Positions 9,601 to 18,000 of a stretch of DNA of 64,000 nucleotides are shown here, in pieces. Both the position numbers and the translations under genes were made by a program. This DNA is from an uncultured Candidatus Saccharibacteria bacterium (lineage in GTDB: Bacteria; Patescibacteriota; Saccharimonadia; Saccharimonadales; Saccharimonadaceae), in NCBI GenBank assembly GCA_964480265.1, contig CAYZNY010000006.1:1219-65218 (forward strand), in the 5' to 3' direction. The notes under the pieces were generated by a model. The model was not told where the DNA came from and did no database searches. It worked only from the letters and a program-made list of their open reading frames with translations. How positions within the stretch are numbered: position 1 is the stretch's first letter; each line of letters begins with the position of its first letter.

Positions 9601-9807
9601 CCTCTCAACTTTCTCCGTACGGGGCACTACTATCGTGCAAATGGTAATATTAATGCTCGTACTCATCATGCTAATTGGTGGTCCGATACAAATATATCTG
9701 CATTTAGTGCATACAACTTGAATACCCGACCAGAGTCTATTGGAAATCAAAGTAGTAGCAACCGTGGTTACGGTTTTGCCATCCGCTGTGTAGTACGGGA
9801 GGGGTGA
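9601..9807 (+). pseudogene. cassette b: start-less FISUMP-like C-terminal fragment (second subfamily)
   Basis: PLNFLRTGHYYRANGNINARTHHANWWSDTNISAFSAYNLNTRPESIGNQSSSNRGYGFAIRCVVREG*. It lies between the 3' ends of the two ncRNA units. The only upstream in-frame start is a TTG inside the RNA terminator, with no RBS. Confidence 0.65.
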
Positions 9808-9840
9808 AATTCGTAGGAAACGGATGAAGAAAATCAGATT

Positions 9841-10106
9841 AAAAATCATGGAACGACAGAGCTACTACATCGTCGGCATCACCTCAACTTCGCGAGGAGT
9901 CTGACCGAAGGTCTTGACTCCTCGCGATCAGCATGCTAGGATGTAAATAGGTTGTTGATTGGTTTAGGCTTTGCCTAAACCAATTTTTACGCTAAGACAT
10001 AGCTTGCCTAGGCGCAGGGTAAGCTGAGCTTCCATTCCTATCTCTCCTTTCTCCCCGCTGTTAAAGTTTCTCGTAGAGCGTGTAGCATGGATGCTCTGTC
10101 GTCCTG
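9841..10106 (-). ncRNA. unclassified structured ncRNA, unit 2 (about 254-nt core at 10104-9851), paralogue of unit 1
   Basis: On the minus strand GGACGACAGAGC...GCTCTGTCGTTC closes the unit and is followed by a T-run. The first 65 nt or so are nearly identical to unit 1. The internal hairpin CGCGAGGAGTC...GACTCCTCGCG replaces the unit 1 hairpin at the same position. Confidence 0.55.
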
Positions 10107-10112
10107 ATCATC

Positions 10113-10141
10113 ATTATACCTCGTGCACCGACACAAAACAA
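10113..10141 (-). promoter_or_regulatory. candidate promoter of ncRNA unit 2
   Basis: On the minus strand: TTGTTT, 17 nt, TATAAT. The -10 ends 8 nt before the closing stem. Confidence 0.5.
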
Positions 10142-10322
10142 CCATATTTTTGCACTTTTCGCCCTTGTTGTAGCAAGGATAGTATCGGTCCCCCTCCCTA
10201 TCATATAGCAAATTTAGATGAAAGTACAAGCGTAAGCATGAAACTTCACAACTTTACGTTTAAAATGGTCAAAAATCTTGATTTTAAACGCAAAGACCAA
10301 TGCGCTTTGGCTACTCAGCCAC

Positions 10323-11318
10323 CTACGTCCCCGCCGTGCGCGCCGCAAAATTAAACTTATTGATACCACAATAGGTGAATTCTGACCCGACAGTTAGCAG
10401 CTCGCCGTTATCTTCGGTATAATCTTGTACATCACAATAATCACCCGAGCGCTCGATGTTCACATTACCCCGGTCCGTACCCAGGATAAATGTACCGGTC
10501 ATGAAGGTGCGCAGCGTCACTGCATCCTGCGAAATCGGAAAGATCGTCAACTCATAAAGCTGCAAATTGACATCCGACGCCGTGAGTAGTCCCTCGGTCG
10601 GGTCCGGGATGCGATTTGCACTACCATTAGCAAGCTGTGTAATGTCAACTTCAAGCGTGCCACCCCCGTCGACTTCCATCATATTCTTTCTATAACCTTC
10701 GTCTGGGCTGACCAACGCTGAACAAACTCGATAAGTCGGATCATAAACCTGTGCCAACCGAAACTTCCCCGACGACGGATCTTCTGGCAGATTCCCCTCC
10801 GAGCCATCGGATTTTAGATATTTGAGCGCTATTGCCACTTTCTTGTTTGCCGTATGCTCCAAACCATAGTATGTATTCCAAATATAAGAATAGTTGCCCG
10901 TGCAAAATACTCCACCCAGTTGCACGTTGTGATTTTCTTTTTCTGCCCGCCTAGTATTGTCAGAATAAGTACCGGTGCGCTCTTGGAAAATAAACTTATT
11001 CGCAAAATCAGCTTTACATTCATCAATCGCCGCCGCTGCCGCGGTCGAGCTGGCCTTAAAATAACTATTACAGAGACTAGTCGTATCGACCGATGGCGCC
11101 GCATTGATATTCGCCGTGAACTCGTCAATCAACCCGCGGCCAGTACTATTGACGGATTTTAGCGTCAGCCCCTTTTGATAAATTTGCGTCACCATACCGG
11201 CTACCACCGTAATCGAAATCAGCAAAGTCGCGATAAACGCTGTCGCTAGCGAAAACTCTACAATCGTAAAACCTTGCAAACTTTGCTCCATCAAAGGTTT
11301 TTTCTTTTTTCTAAGCAT
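10323..11318 (-). CDS. type IV pilin-like protein (pseudopilin/minor pilin)
   Basis: It has a prepilin-type N-terminal cleavage/methylation motif, SLQG|FTIVEFSLATAFIATLLISITVV. It overlaps the upstream gene by 8 nt. Confidence 0.8.
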   Translation of the reverse strand: MLRKKKKPLMEQSLQGFTIVEFSLATAFIATLLISITVVAGMVTQIYQKGLTLKSVNSTGRGLIDEFTANINAAPSVDTTSLCNSYFKASSTAAAAAIDECKADFANKFIFQERTGTYSDNTRRAEKENHNVQLGGVFCTGNYSYIWNTYYGLEHTANKKVAIALKYLKSDGSEGNLPEDPSSGKFRLAQVYDPTYRVCSALVSPDEGYRKNMMEVDGGGTLEVDITQLANGSANRIPDPTEGLLTASDVNLQLYELTIFPISQDAVTLRTFMTGTFILGTDRGNVNIERSGDYCDVQDYTEDNGELLTVGSEFTYCGINKFNFAARTAGT

Positions 11319-12174
11319 CTTTTGCCTCCGGATTATAAAGTCGAATTACCGAGTCGATCGAGGTAGGCGCATTGCTATTCGACCCAAACCAACACGTCTG
11401 AATATAAAAATCATAAAAATCATATTTGGTGTGAGTAGAATCATACTTTCCACCCACGGCAACTACCCAAATCCCCTCGGCATATTTGAGATAATCAAAC
11501 AATTGGGAAGACGATAGGTTATTCACCGAATTATTATCTTCGCCACTGCTAGCGTCTTTGGTATAAATCAACCTCGCTCCGAGCGTTGGCTCGCGAAATG
11601 CCTCCGGGTGCTCGCTGATCGAGATATAGACATTTTCGGAAAGTTCGTTTTTATTGGTGCTCGCATTCAGCTTGTCCTTGCCGATTTTGCGTGTATTCAG
11701 GACGAATGCCCTGTTTTTGGTCAATAAGTTAGAACCGGCTGGCTCATAATAATCCTTACAACTTCCCAAAATCCCCTCCGGCATACTAAAATCGTCGCTC
11801 ATGGCAGCGCCTTCCGTCCGCGGGGCCATGGCATTTTCTGCAATTTTTTTCCAAAGCGAAGCAAACTGCTGGCATTTCTCACCCGGATTATTTTTAACCT
11901 CTTGTGAATCGCAAGTCGGTAAAGTCAATTCCGAGACATACGAGCTATGAATGAAACGTAGCGCCTCAGCCTGGCCGTTCAGCTCGTTTCTGGCGGTGAC
12001 CAGTTCGAGCGAGCGTTCGCCGCTTGATACACCAGCATTCATCATTGAAATCGATATCACCGCTACCATCGAGAAAACCGCAATCGCGAACATTACCTCG
12101 ATCAGCGTATCGCCACGCTTAGCCCCAGAATTCTGAACCACCCGCCCGAGGATATTTTGCCATTTTTTACTCAT
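11311..12174 (-). CDS. type IV pilin-like protein (variant prepilin signal)
   Basis: KRG|DTLIEVMFAIAVFSMVAVISI is a class III signal-like motif with a conserved Glu at +5. It overlaps the upstream gene by 8 nt. Confidence 0.7.
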   Translation of the reverse strand: MSKKWQNILGRVVQNSGAKRGDTLIEVMFAIAVFSMVAVISISMMNAGVSSGERSLELVTARNELNGQAEALRFIHSSYVSELTLPTCDSQEVKNNPGEKCQQFASLWKKIAENAMAPRTEGAAMSDDFSMPEGILGSCKDYYEPAGSNLLTKNRAFVLNTRKIGKDKLNASTNKNELSENVYISISEHPEAFREPTLGARLIYTKDASSGEDNNSVNNLSSSQLFDYLKYAEGIWVVAVGGKYDSTHTKYDFYDFYIQTCWFGSNSNAPTSIDSVIRLYNPEAKDA

Positions 12175-13042
12175 TACACTGGTTCCCCTCCACGGTATTT
12201 CCCCAGGCGTCTTTTTCTAACCAATCGTCCTGGATATCGGTACTGAGCGTGCTGATTGCGCTGGTATTATGCCCATCTTTAGCGATCCGTACTTCGCGAT
12301 AGCGTGTGGCATTTTCCGAGGTTACGCAAATTCCAACATTCTGATAATAAAATCGCTTTTCTTTTTCAATCACTGCTTCGTTGTCGGCTTTTGCAAACTC
12401 GGACAAGCCAGAATTAAATTTTAAACTTGCATTATAATTGCCGTTACCACATTCATCCCTCAAATTATAAGTTTGTTCAGTATAAACTGTATGAATTGCC
12501 CCCGAGGTCGGCGTCCGGGCAATAATCACTGTCCCGGTGAAAGGCTTCCCCTGGTCTGGCTTTGTCTTAGTCAAATTCGATTGCCAGAGCGGCTCATAAT
12601 AGCTCACGCTCGACACCCCACCTCCGGAGTTTTCTCCAAGCTTCTGGCCGCAGTATAATTGGAGGTTTACATTTGCTAGTTCTTTGATAAAACCGCCGTC
12701 GATACTTTCTGGAATTTTTGCATCGCCGATAAGAATTGCACTATACACTTTGCGGTCGTCATCGTCGTTATCGTAATCATAGCCAAAAACTAGCGCTTTG
12801 CCATAGATGGCGTAACGCTGAGAATTTCCGGCTCCCAGCGACTCTGGGCTGAGCACCTCGCTATACTCCTGGCGCAAATACTCTGCAAACGAACGCACCG
12901 AATCCGAATAACGTTGCGACGCAATCGACGCAAAAGTCCCGCCTAGCAGCCCAACTAGTAGCATACCTGTCAGTCCAAGTACAAGCATAACCTCGATAAT
13001 TGTGAAGCCGGATTTTTCTGGTTCTTCGATATGTTTTGTCAT
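12167..13042 (-). CDS. type IV pilin-like protein
   Basis: EKSG|FTIIEVMLVLGLTGMLLVGLLGG is a prepilin motif. It overlaps the upstream gene by 4 nt. Confidence 0.8.
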   Translation of the reverse strand: MTKHIEEPEKSGFTIIEVMLVLGLTGMLLVGLLGGTFASIASQRYSDSVRSFAEYLRQEYSEVLSPESLGAGNSQRYAIYGKALVFGYDYDNDDDDRKVYSAILIGDAKIPESIDGGFIKELANVNLQLYCGQKLGENSGGGVSSVSYYEPLWQSNLTKTKPDQGKPFTGTVIIARTPTSGAIHTVYTEQTYNLRDECGNGNYNASLKFNSGLSEFAKADNEAVIEKEKRFYYQNVGICVTSENATRYREVRIAKDGHNTSAISTLSTDIQDDWLEKDAWGNTVEGNQCNE

Positions 13043-13731
13043 CTCGCCTCCAACGCCTTCTCAGCCTCGTGTGTTAGACGAGCATATTCGTTCGCAAGAT
13101 CAAAATTTGCCAAGGCTTGGTGGGCCGTCGAAAGCGCTGCATAATAACGCGCCCGCTCCGGCAAATCCAATTCTTCGGCCACAAGACCACTCAAAAGTTC
13201 TAGCGCACGATCATAGTTACCGTTAGCATTCATAAGTTCTATCTCGGTCAGGCGTACCTGAGCGGCATAATTCTTATCCCCACCAGCGCCAATTTTATCC
13301 TGAACAGCCTGGCTGACGGCCGCCACCGAATTCCCCGATTCAAGATTTTGCTGATAAATTTCCTGCAAAGTTTGGCGATATTCATCGGAATTGAGCTCCT
13401 CGGTGGTTTCGGCAATGATTGGTGATTCGGTCGGAGCCCCATTGACCGGGATTTCGGGGACTTCCACGATATTTGCAAGCCGAATTTCGCCCCAAATGCC
13501 AAAACCCAACACCACCAGGACAATCAAAACAACCGCCGCCCAAACCATGCCTTCGAGCACCTTTGACGAGCGTGTGTTGACAGATTTTGGACGTTTCGTG
13601 GCAGCGACCGGAGTTTGCTCAGTATCCTTAGTTCTATTAGCATTTTCAGCATTTTTGGCACCTCCAACCTCAGCAAGCTGTTTTGCTCGCTTGGCAGACT
13701 CCACCGGCAAGTCCTCCACGCCCTTTTCCAT
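13039..13731 (-). CDS. bitopic membrane protein with a TPR-like C-terminal domain; paralogue-like of 6734..7501
   Basis: It has a charged N-terminus and the TM segment MVWAAVVLIVLVVLGFGIWG. The helical C-terminus reads NGNYDRALELLSGL...YYAALSTAHQALANFDLANEYARL. It is the first gene of the pseudopilin operon, with TGcTAAAAT 6 nt upstream of the ATG. Confidence 0.7.
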   Translation of the reverse strand: MEKGVEDLPVESAKRAKQLAEVGGAKNAENANRTKDTEQTPVAATKRPKSVNTRSSKVLEGMVWAAVVLIVLVVLGFGIWGEIRLANIVEVPEIPVNGAPTESPIIAETTEELNSDEYRQTLQEIYQQNLESGNSVAAVSQAVQDKIGAGGDKNYAAQVRLTEIELMNANGNYDRALELLSGLVAEELDLPERARYYAALSTAHQALANFDLANEYARLTHEAEKALEAR

Positions 13732-13773
13732 ACGTCTATTTTAGCATAAACATAAAGGAAAGTCCAAGAATTC

Positions 13774-14205
13774 TCAATCTCCAAATAAGAATGCGACCCA
13801 TTGTTGGAAATTTGTCCGCTCCTCAGTCTCGCTAGCTAATTCCTCCGATGTGGCCTGATGCTTCGATTTTGCCGCGGCCGAGTTGGCCGGCAGATAGACC
13901 ATTACTTCACCGGGGAGCTTCTTGTTTTGATATTTGCGCGCCGCTAATTCTTGATATTCGTTGGAAAGATAATATTCATTTTCTAGTTCGAGCATTTCTA
14001 CTTCCAGTTCGAGCAGCGACTTCTCACGCTGATGCTCCAATACCTCCTGCGACAAAGACCAATTGCGCGACATTGCCGCAATCGATCCCCAAGTCCAAGC
14101 CAGACAAAAAGCTGCGGCTATGATGATAATCACGTTATCAAAGACCAAAAGATCGTGTTTTAACCAATAGATCCCCTTACGAATTTTGGTCGTAGTTTTG
14201 CCCAT
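13774..14205 (-). CDS. septum formation initiator family protein (FtsB/DivIC-like)
   Basis: It has a single TM helix and then a coiled coil, EVLEHQREKSLLELEVEMLELENEYYLSNEYQELAARKYQNKKLPGEVMVYLP, which is typical of FtsB/DivIC. TGtTATAAT lies 6 nt upstream of the ATG. Confidence 0.65.
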   Translation of the reverse strand: MGKTTTKIRKGIYWLKHDLLVFDNVIIIIAAAFCLAWTWGSIAAMSRNWSLSQEVLEHQREKSLLELEVEMLELENEYYLSNEYQELAARKYQNKKLPGEVMVYLPANSAAAKSKHQATSEELASETEERTNFQQWVAFLFGD

Positions 14206-14247
14206 ATCATTATTATAACATAAACGTTTATGTAAGCAGGAAGCGTC

Positions 14248-14269
14248 CTCTCAACTTTCTCCGTATGGG
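14248..14269. repeat. isolated 22-nt copy of the cassette b/e 5' flank (CTCTCAACTTTCTCCGTATGGG)
   Basis: It matches 9602-9623 at 21/22 positions. It also matches the reverse complement of 27134-27155. It lies 5 nt beyond the CCA end of tRNA-Met. Confidence 0.8.
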
Positions 14270-14274
14270 AGATT

Positions 14275-14350
14275 TGGTGGGGACAGCTGGGTTCGAACCA
14301 GCGACCAAGCGGTTATGAGCCGCCTGCTCTGACCACTGAGCTATGTCCCC
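14275..14350 (-). tRNA. tRNA with CAT anticodon (elongator Met, or Ile2 if lysidine-modified), CCA encoded
   Basis: The reverse complement is GGGGACATAGCTCAGTGGTCAGAGCAGGCGGCTCATAACCGCTTGGTCGCTGGTTCGAACCCAGCTGTCCCCACCA. Positions 1 and 72 are paired, so it is not an initiator. TGtTATAAT lies 8 nt upstream. Confidence 0.9.
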
Positions 14351-14375
14351 TTGATTACATTATAACATTTTTGCA

Positions 14376-14402
14376 CAAAAGAATAACCCCGCAACAGCGA
14401 GG
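14376..14402 (-). terminator. candidate intrinsic terminator
   Basis: On the minus strand: CCTCGC-tgtt-GCGGGG, followed by TTATTCTTTT. Confidence 0.35.
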
Positions 14403-14573
14403 CTTATCTTTTTTGGTGGGGGTGAATAGGCGGAACTAACTGAAATTCCGTATCTATTCGAGTCGAGGAGAAATATAGCGCGAGTTTGCGCTGGGTCAAC
14501 AAATAGCGTGACCGATTCCCTAGACCCGAAGTAAGATACTTGGGGAATCAGCGTAGAACCGCCACCCACCAAA

Positions 14574-14924
14574 TCAGTAGTTGTTACTATGGTAAGTTTT
14601 GCCAGTACTGCGGTCATAATACGTATCGCTGTTTGGGTTATACTCAGCCAAATGCCCGCTACCATAGCCACCGATGCCAAAGCCCCACAACCCCGGGTAT
14701 TCTCCCCTCTCCTTTTTAAGCTCAGAACAACACTCCTTCGCTCTGGAATTCCTAAAATACTGCCTACCACACCATTGACACTGGGCAGCAAAACTAAATT
14801 CAAGTTCCGCCAAAACCCAATCATAAATATGAAAAGGGATAAAGGTAATTACGCGATACGGTAACGACCGACGATCCCACACGTCTTGCCTCCGCGTAGA
14901 GTTATCTCTTGCAATTCCACACAT
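14574..14924 (-). CDS. small Cys-containing hypothetical protein (116 aa)
   Basis: The start was moved to MCGIARDN because AAAGGTGGTGG lies upstream. It contains CQWCG...ECC (zinc-ribbon-like?). It competes with overlapping ORFs, so the call is uncertain. Confidence 0.35.
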   Translation of the reverse strand: MCGIARDNSTRRQDVWDRRSLPYRVITFIPFHIYDWVLAELEFSFAAQCQWCGRQYFRNSRAKECCSELKKERGEYPGLWGFGIGGYGSGHLAEYNPNSDTYYDRSTGKTYHSNNY

Positions 14925-15009
14925 GCTAACCACCACCTTTTTCTGTAAATTTACCAGCTTTCGCTCAGTATGTCTATAATGTTACATCGGGTGCACCAAT
15001 AATGCAAGC

Positions 15010-18000
15010 TTAAGTATTTCCACCGCTTGGATTATTAAAACCATGCCGCTGGTTGTAGCGCTCGGCAGCAGCTCTCTCTCTGACATATTGGTTAAATGCC
15101 TCCTGTTCTGCCGCTGTCGGCGTGCGAGTCGGATTAGCGATATCCCTGAAATTACCATGTTCATCAAAGTTTGCCGGACGGGTTGGGATTGCACGCGGCT
15201 CAACCCCTCGGACTTGAATTGAAGCCGAATCCACCGCATCAAAAGTATGGCCTGTATCGTCCGATACTCCCATGTCTCGTGCCGCCTTAATAACATCCTG
15301 CATCGACTTAACCTGCTCCTGAGTATAGGTCTTGGTGCTATCTTTGAGCGCCGTTTGCGCATTCTGTGCCATGCCCTGGACCATCTTATACTCAGCACTA
15401 TTCGAAGCGTTAGCTGACGCGCCAAATTTCGATCCACCATTTGCTGAACGGATATACGCTGCGGCACTATCAATATCCCTAGCACTACTTCTGGCTAACG
15501 CATTGGAGCCAGCAGTGCTGGATGCATTCTTCGAAGCTCCTTGCGCATAACCAGCTGCGGCAAGCTGACGCAACCGCCCCTCCATCTCCGGCTTCACTTG
15601 GATGTTGTCATTAGCGAGAGCCTCCCTCGCGGATGCAGCAAGATTATTAAGTGCTGCACCCTTGATATTACCAGATTCTGCGCCAGCTACCAAACGGTCA
15701 ATCGCGCCCTCATCAGCATTCGCAAGCGACTGTGCAGTATACTTATCCGTGCCCATTGCACCATAATGCGATGCTGCGTTAGCCCCAGTCACAGCACTAC
15801 CGCTAGCAGCATCATTTACCATCGCAAATAGACCACGATCTGCACCCTTCATTGCACCCAAGAATTTATCGTCTCGACTAATCTCCCGTGCTGCCAAACC
15901 AATACCATTTGTTTGACCGTTAGTCAATCGACGCTCAAATGCTCGTTGAATGATAGCTCTCCCATGGTCTCCTTGTGAAGCAAACTTTTGTTGCCAAGCA
16001 CTTACATTGGTTAAGGCATCAACGTTCGTTGGATCCGCCTCCAAAAGGTCAAGCTGACGATTATACTCTGCTTCATTACTCCTATCATTCAAATCCCTCA
16101 TGACGTTCCCGTTATTATCATACATAATATCTCCATTTGCGTCTCTCATGACTGCTGCCTCCAATTGGTTATAATCAACCGGCTCACCAGCAGCACCAGT
16201 CATGTGGCTATATCGTGCTAAAGCATTTGCGATATCCGCTCGCCTCATTTCTTCTTGCTGACTATCACGTCTATCACGCAACATATTGTCTATTCCACCC
16301 GCAGAGAACATTCGACCTGCTTGCAGGGCAGCCGCATTGCGATCTCTGTCCGTAGACAACACCCGGCTGGTCAGTCTGCCAACTCGCTCTTGTTGCCTAT
16401 GAGACAACCTCCCTCCGTCAGCTTGCCTTCTTTGCATCCGATTAAGATATTTCCGATCTCGATTAAGCTGTCTTGTCTGCGCATTATACGCCCGGGTTTC
16501 TTCACGGTTATTAGTCCGCGCTTTTGCTCGTCGATTGATGCTATCACCGAGCCGCGACCCGACAAACATTCCACCGAGGAAGTTCCCAGCTTTCGACCCA
16601 AAATTACTGAGCTTCATGCCAATATTTCCTAATGCGCCCATCGAGTTCTTGATAATACCCGGGATCAGGAAGAACGGCGCCACCGACACCACAACTGCCG
16701 TCAAGAGCATAAAGAACCCTCCGGACCCGGTATACGCCCCTACCTGCATGAGTAACGCCGAAGCAAACTGCCCACCGCCCATCATCAAGCCGCAAATTGG
16801 GTATGCAATCAAAAGCGCCATAAATAACTTATACCATTTATCAAATAGTGACTTTGTATTCGGCAATGCATAGCAAACAATTGCTACTGGCGCTAGCGCA
16901 ATCAAGATAAAGATCCCAGCTTGACGCACTGCGAGGATAATAAAGAAGAATAGCACGCTTAGCAAGAAAGTTATCAATACGAGCAACAACGGAATTAGCC
17001 ACACGTCCCAATTCATTGCAACTGAAACACCAATGACGCCCAAGGTCCCCGCGACTCCCGCATTAAGGAACTTGTCCATTATCTCACCCAGGATATATCC
17101 GCCAAAGAAATTACTCCCTGACTCCCCAACTTGGCTAAAAATTTTTTTCGCCCAATCAGTCATCAACGTGTTCAATCCACTACCGAGCACATTTGATATA
17201 TCCACCATGAGCTGGCAGAGAATGAAAGAAATATTAACTAAGACAATCACCATAATCAAGCGTGGCAAAATTTTCTTGATGCCATAATTACTTAGTCCGA
17301 AACCGGTCAATTGCGACAAGATTACAAGCGCAAGTGCAACCGCAAAAATAACGTTCGCAATATTGCGAAATTGCGCCCAGGCAATATAGACTCCATCAGA
17401 GTGCCCGCTGTTACTCCCCCCATCTGTGCGGAGGGCGTCAGCATTCACTTGCAAAATTGGCTCAATTGCACTAGCATAGATACCTTGTGTAGCATTATTT
17501 AATGTTTCTGCCACCGGACAAATAATCCAGCTCAGCGATCCCGCTGCCTGCTGGCACGCCTTTTCGCTGGATCCATCCTCGTCCTCATTTTTTTCTTCTT
17601 GGGATTTACCCTTACGAACTAGCGAGCTAGTCTTGAAATCAGCCACGCTTCGTGTCTCCAAATCATCCACTACGCCCTGAAAATCTGTCAATTTCAACGA
17701 AGTTTCATTCTTTTCAATCGAAAAAATCTTTTTATTGTTAAGCTTAGTTTTGGACACGTTCTCCACTCCGGCAATTCGGCACCACATCTTCTTGCCATCC
17801 TTTTCCTTCTTGACTGGAACAATGTCAAAGCCTCTGTTCTTAACTTCATCTTTCGTGCCACAGTTTTTATCATCATCGTACAATTTTAGGATATTTGGAT
17901 ATTTGTCCATCATTGACTGAATATATTTCAAATCCAATGAAACAAAATCATAATTCTTAAATTTATAATCGCTAAATTTCGCATCAGATTTGCCGGTTAA

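Noticed and set aside
9324-10104. A MITE or non-autonomous transposon whose terminal inverted repeats of about 65 bp carry cassette b.
   Set aside because: Each arm is closed by its own 12-bp terminal pairing, has its own promoter and T-run, and shows compensatory hairpin changes, which fits two RNA genes better. I saw no target-site duplication at 9320/10105. This is not fully excluded.
9320-10106. Retron msr/msd RNAs (a1/a2-type terminal inverted repeats plus a long internal hairpin).
   Set aside because: No RT gene is adjacent. The units occur as two convergent paralogues with a pseudogene fragment between them, which is not a retron layout.
14360-14573. A further cassette-like fragment (GGSTLIPQVSYFGS..., which resembles the GSTQLR head).
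   Set aside because: The similarity is limited to GGTTCTAC plus a few residues. It has no YWS or RCV tail and is probably chance.
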